A stretch of DNA of 42,624 nt from a virus (lineage: Duplodnaviria > Caudoviricetes), in the IMG/VR virus record IMGVR_UViG_3300019781_000014, positions 1-42,624 of that record, one strand, 5' to 3'. Each line of letters starts with the position of its first letter. Position 1 is the first letter of the stretch. Shown in pieces: positions 35,639 to 42,624 of the stretch. Both the position numbers and the translations under genes were made by a program. The notes below the pieces were generated by a model. The model searched no databases. It saw nothing but the letters and a program-made list of their open reading frames with translations, and was not told the DNA's origin.

Positions 35639-36229
35639 ATGAAAGAACGAATCAAAGCTTATTTGGCTGATGGACTCACGGCTGCTCAGATTTCTACTAT
35701 CTTGGGCTGCTCACCATCTTATGTCTCGCAGCTTCTGAAGGATGAGACCTTCAAACTAGAAGTAGAAGCTGCTCTTATTAACAATCAGAAGCCAGCTGAT
35801 GAGGTTCTTGAGACTCGTTATACGTCTCTTGAGCACAGCATTGTCAAGAGAATGCAAGACGAACTCCCAGCAGCTGAACTTCCAGCTCTTACTAAGGCTC
35901 TAGAAGCTGTTACTAGGGCTAATGATAGCAGGTTCAAGCGTAAGCACCCAGGTCTTCTGCAAGGTGCTACTAACTTGACTCAAGTTGCTAACATCTACCT
36001 GCCAGCTCATGTCTTACCTGCACCTGTAATGCAGCTGAACGAGAAGTCTGAGGTAGTAGCTATTGATAATAGACCCCTAGCACCTATGTCTGCCGCTGGA
36101 GTTAAGAATCTCTTTGCTCAAATGTCAGCTCGTAAAGCCCAAAATGAATTCGAGGTAGCTAATGACGCAACAAATCTTGTGGAACAAGCCACCAGCGCTA
36201 CTAATTCCTCCCAAGCAGCCGCCTACTGA
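35639..36229 (+). CDS. terS: Putative terminase small subunit (N-terminal HTH)
   Basis: GLTAAQISTILGCSPSYVSQLL helix-turn-helix; directly upstream of the large terminase. Confidence 0.65.
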   Translation: MKERIKAYLADGLTAAQISTILGCSPSYVSQLLKDETFKLEVEAALINNQKPADEVLETRYTSLEHSIVKRMQDELPAAELPALTKALEAVTRANDSRFKRKHPGLLQGATNLTQVANIYLPAHVLPAPVMQLNEKSEVVAIDNRPLAPMSAAGVKNLFAQMSARKAQNEFEVANDATNLVEQATSATNSSQAAAY

Positions 36230-36302
36230 TGCTAAGCAAGTAGCTATGACTAATGCAGCAGGTAAGCTTGCTGTTCTTTTCAAGAAGCCTGATCCAAAAT
36301 GA
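36162..36302 (+). CDS. Small overlapping Pro/Lys-rich ORF bridging terS and terL (not in ORF track)
   Basis: GAGGT RBS, ATG 36162, 46 aa; its TGA overlaps the terL ATG (ATGA). Confidence 0.5.
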   Translation: MTQQILWNKPPALLIPPKQPPTDAKQVAMTNAAGKLAVLFKKPDPK

Positions 36303-37813
36303 GTGAACTCGTAGCTATTTCAAGCTCCACAGAAGAAGTTCAAGCAGAAACTACGGCTCTTGCAGTAGATCCAGCTGAGGCTTATGAACGTGGGCAGGTG
36401 GATATTAACTTCTTTGCAGCTCTTATGCTGCCTACTGTTGTTATTTCTCCTCTCCCGCCCTTCTATGTGGCCATCTTTAAGATGCTTACCAACAGAACTC
36501 CTGCTCAAATGCAGCGGATTCTGCGGTTTGCATTGGGGCTCCCACGTGGTCATGCTAAAACTACTTTCATTAAGATCCTAATTGCTTGGCTTATTGCCTA
36601 TGATAAGATCACATTTGCTGTTGTTATCTGCGCTAATGGTCCTTTGGCTGAGGAACTTGTCTCTGACGTCTCAGAAATGCTGGGTTCACCTAATGCTGAG
36701 GCTATCTATGGGCGCTGGACAGATCAGCTTTCTACTGACAACAAGGAACTAAAGAAAGCCCTCTATCATGATCGTAACATTATCATAGCGGCTAAGGGCG
36801 CAGACTCTGCTATTCGTGGTATTAACGTTAAGCACATGCGCCCAGACCTTATCTTCTGCGACGATGCCCAGACTAAAGAGTGTGATGATTCTCCCACTGA
36901 ATCTAAGAAGTTTCGTGCTCGGTTAGTAGCTACTTTTAAGATCATTGCACCTCGTGGGGACAGGCTTATCATCTATGTTGGCAACATGTACTCCGAAGGG
37001 TGTATGCTGTTCCAGCTTAAGAATAACTCTAAGTGGATTTCCTTTGTCACAGGCGCTATTCTAGAGAGCGGCGAGCCACTTTGGCCTGAGCTTCATTCCT
37101 TAGAAGAGCTTCTGGACTCCTATGTCCACGATGCGGAGCTAGGAGAAGCTGACGTCTGGTTTGCTGAGGTGATGAATGATCCTATCTCTAGGACCTTGTC
37201 TCTTATAGACGGCAAGATTCCAGACTGCCCGTGGGAATTCGAAGCTGAGGTGCCAGATGGTGTCTTCATTACAGTAGATCCTGCTGGTTTCCGTGAGGCT
37301 TCTGATGACAACGTAATAGCTGTGCACTATGTATTTGATGGCAAGGGCACTATTCGAGAACTCAATGCCGGAGTTAAAGACCCAGAAGAGCTTATTATCG
37401 AAACCCTCCGTCTAGCCCTTAAGCATGGGGCTTCTCTTATTGGCATTGAGGATGCGGCTTATCAACAAACGCTTCTCTTCTGGGTCAATAAGTATCTCAA
37501 GCTGTGGGGTCTTAGTGGTATTCACGTAGTCCCTCTCAAGCATAAGAACAGAAGTAAAGAGCAGCGCATTCGTCTATTTGTCGCCGAGGTAAATGCATCT
37601 AACTACTACATCCACACTGAGGCCAGAGCTGTTTGGCTTTGGCAAGCTATGAAGTATAAAATAGGCAAGGACAAAAATAAGGATGACATTCTAGATGCTA
37701 CTGCATACGGCTTAGATGTACGCGCAGAGTACTGGCACCTTGTTACCAACCTGAGAACAGCTGGCCTATTCCTCGTATCTCCTGGCATTCAGGAAGATAA
37801 CACACCCTTTTAG
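36299..37813 (+). CDS. terL: Terminase large subunit
   Basis: PRGHAKTT (Walker A), RPDLIFCDD (Walker B), YVGN coupling motif, ITVDPA and DDILDA RNase H-like acidic residues. Confidence 0.95.
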   Translation: MSELVAISSSTEEVQAETTALAVDPAEAYERGQVDINFFAALMLPTVVISPLPPFYVAIFKMLTNRTPAQMQRILRFALGLPRGHAKTTFIKILIAWLIAYDKITFAVVICANGPLAEELVSDVSEMLGSPNAEAIYGRWTDQLSTDNKELKKALYHDRNIIIAAKGADSAIRGINVKHMRPDLIFCDDAQTKECDDSPTESKKFRARLVATFKIIAPRGDRLIIYVGNMYSEGCMLFQLKNNSKWISFVTGAILESGEPLWPELHSLEELLDSYVHDAELGEADVWFAEVMNDPISRTLSLIDGKIPDCPWEFEAEVPDGVFITVDPAGFREASDDNVIAVHYVFDGKGTIRELNAGVKDPEELIIETLRLALKHGASLIGIEDAAYQQTLLFWVNKYLKLWGLSGIHVVPLKHKNRSKEQRIRLFVAEVNASNYYIHTEARAVWLWQAMKYKIGKDKNKDDILDATAYGLDVRAEYWHLVTNLRTAGLFLVSPGIQEDNTPF

Positions 37814-37820
37814 GACCTAT

Positions 37821-39803
37821 ATGGCAACCGTAGAAACCTCCACTATTAAGATCAAAAAAGAATCTCAGGCTTCATTGCTGAGCTTCGCCCGTCGAGTAAC
37901 AGAGTATCATGTTCAGAACTCTACTGAGTTGCATGAAAAGATGGACATTATTGATCGTGCCTACTCTCGTTACTCGGGAGACTCTGATGCTATCATCACG
38001 GATGGCGGCGTAGATGTGCGAGCTTCTGATGTTTCTTGTGATATTTTCAACACTGGTGATAAGATTACTCCCCCAGTAGTTGTGGCTCAGGTGGATGCTT
38101 ATGTTGCGTACCTTGCTGATATCTTTTGCTCTGGTAGCCCTCTGTTTCCTGTTGTCTCATCTCCTAGTACGCGCGTATGGGCTGAGCAGTTAGAGACTCT
38201 GCTGGACGATCATGCTATGCTTGGCGGTTACGCTAGGCAGTTCCTGCTGTTTTTGCGTGATGGTATTAAATACAACTACTCAGCAGTGGAGATTGACTGG
38301 GATTCTATTACCCAGTTCTCTACTCTTTCTGACTTTGTTGGTGGTACTGGCAAGAAGCTAGATAACCGTGACAAGTATTTTAACCGCATCAAGCGCATTA
38401 ACCCACGTAACATTATCCGTGATCCTTCTGTTCTGCCTGGAGATGTGGCTGAGCATGGAGATTATGTAGGTTATGTAGAGCGCCTGAGCATGACTCAGAT
38501 GAAACGCTACCTCATTAAAATGGGTAAGCAGGATCGTGCGTTTAACATTACAGAAGCCATGAACTCTGGCCATGTAATGGGTATGCATGATGGTACTCAT
38601 GTCTATACAGAGAATCCTCAAGTCAGTGAATATGTCTCTAAAGATGGTTACACTAACCGTAGAGGCGTAGACTGGGATGCATATGCGGCTGCTACTCCGG
38701 GTAAGTCTAAGAAAGCCAAGTCACCATCTTATGGTAACCAATACGAGAAGGTTGTGCTCTATGCTCGCATTATCCCTTCTGACCATGGCATCATTGCTCC
38801 TCAGCCTAATACTCCTCAAATCTGGCGTATTGTGGTGGTTAACAACCAATTCGTTGTGGCCGCTCATAGGATCATCAGTGCTTATGATTTTCTGCCTATA
38901 CTTATTGGGCAGCCTATGGAAGATGGTTTTGGAGACCAGACTCAGTCTGTAGCTGAGGGTGAGATTCCATTCCAAGAAGGTGCTTCTAAACTGTTTAACA
39001 TTCGGTTTGCAGCTGCTCGTCGTTCTGTGTCTGATCGAGCTCTTTATAACAGCAACGTTATTAAAGCTTCGGATGTCAATAGCAAAGCTGCTGCTCCTAA
39101 GATCCCAGTTAACATCTCTCCGCTCACTAACGTGACATTGGAATCTGTATATAAGCAGATCCCTTTTGATATGAGAGGTACTGAGTCTACGATCCAAGAT
39201 GCTCAGATCATGATTGGCTTCTCTAAGGAGCTGCATGGTCTTAATAATGCCAAGATGGGCCAGTTCCAGAAGGGTAATAAGAGCGTCACGGAATGGAATG
39301 ATACGATGGGCGGGGCTGATAACCGTCTTCGTCTACCAGCTCTGGTCTTGGAATATCAGGTCTTTGCACCAATGAAGTCTATTATGACTCTCAACATCTT
39401 CCAGAACGGAGACAATGTTGAACTGGTGTCACAGAAAACTGGCGAGATTATTAAGATTGATGTTGCAGAACTTCGTAAGCATGTTCTTAGCTTCAAGCTG
39501 GCTGATGGCTACTCGCCTAAGTCTAAGCTTGCATCTACTGAAATGATTGCGCAGGGTATGCAAATGATTGGGCAGTCCCAGATCCTGCAACAAAGCTTCG
39601 GTACAATGCTTCCCGGAATGTTCATTCACCTTATGTCTCTTGGCGGTGTCAAAGGACTTGAGGAGTATGACCCTTCTAAGGCTGCTGCCGCAGCAGCTCC
39701 TCCTGGCTTGCAAGATGCTTCTCTTCAGACTCTTCAAGCTGGTATGGTTCCTCAACAACCTGCGCCTAACGGTGCACCTACAGTAGCACCTGAACTGCCA
39801 TGA
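37821..39803 (+). CDS. Portal protein
   Basis: 660 aa, immediately after terL; podovirus portal size with a Pro/Ala/Gln tail. Confidence 0.85.
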   Translation: MATVETSTIKIKKESQASLLSFARRVTEYHVQNSTELHEKMDIIDRAYSRYSGDSDAIITDGGVDVRASDVSCDIFNTGDKITPPVVVAQVDAYVAYLADIFCSGSPLFPVVSSPSTRVWAEQLETLLDDHAMLGGYARQFLLFLRDGIKYNYSAVEIDWDSITQFSTLSDFVGGTGKKLDNRDKYFNRIKRINPRNIIRDPSVLPGDVAEHGDYVGYVERLSMTQMKRYLIKMGKQDRAFNITEAMNSGHVMGMHDGTHVYTENPQVSEYVSKDGYTNRRGVDWDAYAAATPGKSKKAKSPSYGNQYEKVVLYARIIPSDHGIIAPQPNTPQIWRIVVVNNQFVVAAHRIISAYDFLPILIGQPMEDGFGDQTQSVAEGEIPFQEGASKLFNIRFAAARRSVSDRALYNSNVIKASDVNSKAAAPKIPVNISPLTNVTLESVYKQIPFDMRGTESTIQDAQIMIGFSKELHGLNNAKMGQFQKGNKSVTEWNDTMGGADNRLRLPALVLEYQVFAPMKSIMTLNIFQNGDNVELVSQKTGEIIKIDVAELRKHVLSFKLADGYSPKSKLASTEMIAQGMQMIGQSQILQQSFGTMLPGMFIHLMSLGGVKGLEEYDPSKAAAAAAPPGLQDASLQTLQAGMVPQQPAPNGAPTVAPELP

Positions 39804-40054
39804 ACATCTTTCCTGAGCTCACCATCTCTGAGACTGAAGCTACTATTATTGCCGAGAGACTAGACAATCCGGCAGTTAAGAAGTATCTTCACCTTCTCGC
39901 TTATAACAACGCATCAGCTATTGCCCTGTCATCTGTAAAAGAAGGGCAGACTGATGAACAATATCTTCGCGCAATAGCCAAAGCGCAAGGTCAGCTAGAA
40001 GTATATAATACTCTACTGAGTTTCAAAGCGGCTGATGTTACCCAAAATTCTTAA
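39800..40054 (+). CDS. Hypothetical protein
   Basis: 84 aa, ATGA overlap with the portal stop; between portal and scaffold. Confidence 0.7.
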   Translation: MNIFPELTISETEATIIAERLDNPAVKKYLHLLAYNNASAIALSSVKEGQTDEQYLRAIAKAQGQLEVYNTLLSFKAADVTQNS

Positions 40055-40077
40055 TCTTTGTTCTAGGAGCTTTTAAA

Positions 40078-40839
40078 ATGTCCGGATTCTTCGACGCCGT
40101 AGGCCTCACTAAATCAGCCGCTGCACCAGCAGCCCCTCAACAGCAGAATAACCAGCAGCCCGGAGGTGGACAGCAAGGTCCTAATGCTCAGGCACAGCAA
40201 CCTGCTCAGGGTATGCAACCTAATGGTAGCCCCACCCCAAACAGCAATGTCAACGGAACCAATCAGCAGACTGATCCGATGGCAGCTTATGCTACAATGT
40301 TTACTAACAATACAGACAAACAAGGTGAAGTAGCTCCTAGTTTCTCTATTGATCCTAAGGTGCTTGACCAAGTATCTGGTGGCATGGACTTTATGCAAGG
40401 TGCTGATCCTGCTGTTATGCAGAAGGCCCTTGGTGGTGACATGCAAGCTTTCATGGACATTATGAACCACGTGGGACGTAGTGCTTATAAAAGCTCCTTG
40501 CAACATAGCAGCAGCCTGACAGATAAGTTTGTCGGTATGCGTGAGGAATTCTCTGGCAAGCGCCTTCCTAGTATGGTTCGAGAAGAGCTTACTATGGGGG
40601 AGATTGCTGGAAATAGTGGGTCTACTAGCCCAGTCGTTCGTCAACAACTTGTGGAGATTGCTAAGAAGTATCAAGCAGCTAATCCCGATGCGTCACCCCA
40701 ACAGGTGGCAGCAGCGGCTAAGCAATATGTTGCTGATCTCTTCGGAGCCATTAACCCAGAATCGTCTCCAGAAGCCAAAGCTAAGGCAGCCCAGCCACGA
40801 GAAGTGAATTGGGATACTTACTTTGACTCTAATACCTAA
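40078..40839 (+). CDS. Putative capsid scaffolding protein
   Basis: 253 aa, Q/P/N-rich N-terminus and helical body; directly before the major capsid gene. Confidence 0.7.
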   Translation: MSGFFDAVGLTKSAAAPAAPQQQNNQQPGGGQQGPNAQAQQPAQGMQPNGSPTPNSNVNGTNQQTDPMAAYATMFTNNTDKQGEVAPSFSIDPKVLDQVSGGMDFMQGADPAVMQKALGGDMQAFMDIMNHVGRSAYKSSLQHSSSLTDKFVGMREEFSGKRLPSMVREELTMGEIAGNSGSTSPVVRQQLVEIAKKYQAANPDASPQQVAAAAKQYVADLFGAINPESSPEAKAKAAQPREVNWDTYFDSNT

Positions 40840-40863
40840 TCCTCTTTTATAGGAACCTGTATC

Positions 40864-42072
40864 ATGTCCGTGTTTCAAACTGGTGTTTTCAATACCAATA
40901 CTGGTAACCCCGCAGAACTTAATGCTCGCTCGTTTGCTGGCACTATCCTGCGTCGTTTCCCTAATGGCTCTGCACCTATCTTCGGTCTGACTTCTATGTC
41001 AGGTCGTAGCCGTGCTAAGTCTTCTACCCACGGCTACTTCAGCAAGACTATGCTGTTTGTGACCTTGGTTACTAACGGCGCCATCTTGGCTGCTGCTACT
41101 ACTCTGGTGGTGGATTCTACTACTGGCGTGTCTGTCGGTATGGTTCTGCATAATCCTGCTACTCTGGAGAACGTGCGTGTTACTGCTGTTGCGAGCGGCA
41201 CTAACCTTACGATTACCCGAGCATTCGGTCGTGTTGCAGCAGCTAACGTTGCTGATGATGCTGTCTGGATTCAAGTGGGTACTGCTTTCGAAGAAGGTTC
41301 TAACCGCCCTCAAGCTCGCCGTATGTCTACGGTCTACGTTGCTAACTACACGCAGATCTTCCGTAATGCTTGGGCTCTGACTGATACTGCTCGTGCTTCT
41401 GTTGCTGAGATGGGTTATAGCAACATTGCCGAGAGTCGTCAGGATTGCATGAGCTTCCATTCTGTGGACATTGAGTCGGCTCTGATCTGGGGCCAGGCTA
41501 AGATGGACACGACTGGAGCTACTCCGATCCACTCGACCCAAGGTATCTTGGACGCTATTGAGCAGTACGCACCTGCTAACAGCAACAACGCTGGAGCTAC
41601 TACTAGCTACTCGCAGCTGGTGTCGTTGGTTGAGCCTGCTTTCACTTCGTCTGCTAACGTTGGCAATCCTAAGGGACGTGTGCTGGTGGGTGATAATACT
41701 GCAATCAAAGTCATCACTGACATTGGTCGTAAGTCTGGTCAAGTCCAGATCATGCAGAACGAAACTCAATTCGGCATGAAGTTCACTAGCTTCTCTATGT
41801 ACCAAGGTACTCTGGATCTGGTGATTCACCCTCTGCTGAACGGCCTGAATCGTGCTGGCATGGCGATGATTCTGGATATGCCTGCCATTAAGCTTGCTTA
41901 CATGGATGGCCGCGATACGAAACCAGAAGACTACAACACTGGTGGCAAGATCGTGGAAAGCGGTGTGGATTCGGTGGGCGGTTCGTTGACTACTGAGCTG
42001 GCTGTGGAGCTTATCAACCCCTACGCTTGCGCAGTGATCTATGGCCTGACTGCTGGTGTCGCTGACGCCTAA
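40864..42072 (+). CDS. Major capsid protein (HK97 fold; SU10-MCP/DUF5309-like)
   Basis: 402 aa, strong codon bias, EEGS, NYTQIF, DIESALIWG, TQGI, HPLL, TELAVEL patterns; followed by a terminator. Confidence 0.88.
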   Translation: MSVFQTGVFNTNTGNPAELNARSFAGTILRRFPNGSAPIFGLTSMSGRSRAKSSTHGYFSKTMLFVTLVTNGAILAAATTLVVDSTTGVSVGMVLHNPATLENVRVTAVASGTNLTITRAFGRVAAANVADDAVWIQVGTAFEEGSNRPQARRMSTVYVANYTQIFRNAWALTDTARASVAEMGYSNIAESRQDCMSFHSVDIESALIWGQAKMDTTGATPIHSTQGILDAIEQYAPANSNNAGATTSYSQLVSLVEPAFTSSANVGNPKGRVLVGDNTAIKVITDIGRKSGQVQIMQNETQFGMKFTSFSMYQGTLDLVIHPLLNGLNRAGMAMILDMPAIKLAYMDGRDTKPEDYNTGGKIVESGVDSVGGSLTTELAVELINPYACAVIYGLTAGVADA

Positions 42073-42102
42073 TAGTTTCATGGTGAGTTAGCCGTTTTGG
42101 CA

Positions 42103-42156
42103 CCCTTCTACTCTATCCAGTGCTCCTCTGGGAACAATTAGAGTAGAAGGGCTTTT
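42103..42156 (+). terminator. Terminator-like hairpin after the capsid gene
   Basis: Perfect 13-bp stem CCCTTCTACTCTA / TAGAGTAGAAGGG enclosing a CCAG/CTGG inner stem, then CTTTT. Confidence 0.75.
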
Positions 42157-42174
42157 GCATATTGGAGAATCCTC

Positions 42175-42528
42175 ATGAGTATTTCAGAATTGATTGCTAA
42201 GCGCAACGCAGACTTGGCAGCTACCGCAGCTGTTCAGCCTAAGATCCTAACTGGTGTAGAAGGCTCCGCTGGTCCTGCACAAGCTCCTACTCCTCCTACT
42301 GACCCTGTGCCTGATGCTGATGACTCTCTTGTCAAACAGTATGAAGGTTATCCCAAGGGTTCCTATATTATGCTTCGTCAGAAGTGCCTGATCCTCAAGA
42401 CTGGTGCTAAGGTCATGCCTGATAAGAATGGTGTTATTACTCCTTCTACTCCTGAGCAAGAAGAGCTTCTGGCCTACCTGCTCAAAGAAGATCGTGGGCT
42501 AGTGGCTCCTATTCCTCCTAAACTCTAA
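42175..42528 (+). CDS. Hypothetical protein
   Basis: 117 aa, GGAG RBS; between the capsid and adaptor genes. Confidence 0.7.
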   Translation: MSISELIAKRNADLAATAAVQPKILTGVEGSAGPAQAPTPPTDPVPDADDSLVKQYEGYPKGSYIMLRQKCLILKTGAKVMPDKNGVITPSTPEQEELLAYLLKEDRGLVAPIPPKL

Positions 42529-42624
42529 GGAACTGCCATGAACTTCACGGCTATTGTCACCGAGATTCTTGGCATGACAAAGAGGCCAGACAAGATTCAG
42601 GACATTCGTCGTGAGGTGAATGCC
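42498..42624. repeat. Terminal direct repeat, right copy
   Basis: Identical to bases 1-127. Confidence 0.95.

Noticed and set aside
40999-42081. 360-aa antisense ORF over the capsid gene
   Set aside because: Mirror-frame product of strong codon bias; Ser/His/Gln-rich, no RBS or motifs.
42498-42624. 127-bp terminal repeat as a biological direct terminal repeat
   Set aside because: The length matches a common assembler k-mer and it cuts through coding genes; real ends more plausibly lie in 32620-35010.

Overview
The window is an apparently complete, circularly permuted lytic podovirus-type phage genome of about 42,497 bp; bases 1-127 are repeated exactly at 42498-42624, most likely an assembly overlap. 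It has two convergent arms. The + arm (35014 through the end and on to 14307) encodes a short C5-methyltransferase-like protein, terminase small and large subunits, portal, scaffold, major capsid, adaptor, a beta-helix tail fibre, a GH108 endolysin, holin-like proteins, a tail nozzle and ejection proteins. The - arm (32620 down to 14357) encodes many small early genes, a SprT-like protease, a RecD-like helicase, DUF6378 and MazG-like nucleotide hydrolases, a Cas4-like exonuclease, a Sak4-like ATPase, a putative SSB, a family A DNA polymerase, a DUF3987-like helicase and a DHH phosphoesterase. The arms meet at a bidirectional terminator near 14330 and diverge from a repeat-rich control region at 32620-35010. 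I recognised no RNA polymerase, integrase, primase, tRNA or CRISPR array. The most intriguing signals are: (i) a short motif, KPx[S/T/N][F/L]xE[K/R][L/M/I], shared by four unrelated - arm proteins; (ii) bacterial SSB-tail-like acidic C-termini (DDAPF, DDDLPL, EDNTPF) on non-SSB proteins in a phage with no visible primase and a tail-less SSB; (iii) an origin-like symmetric repeat element around an AT-rich core; and (iv) a PolA with His at the 762-equivalent position and a degenerate UDG-like N-terminal domain. All functional calls come from reading motifs by eye; no database searches were run. Several start codons were moved from the ORF track to RBS-supported ATGs.
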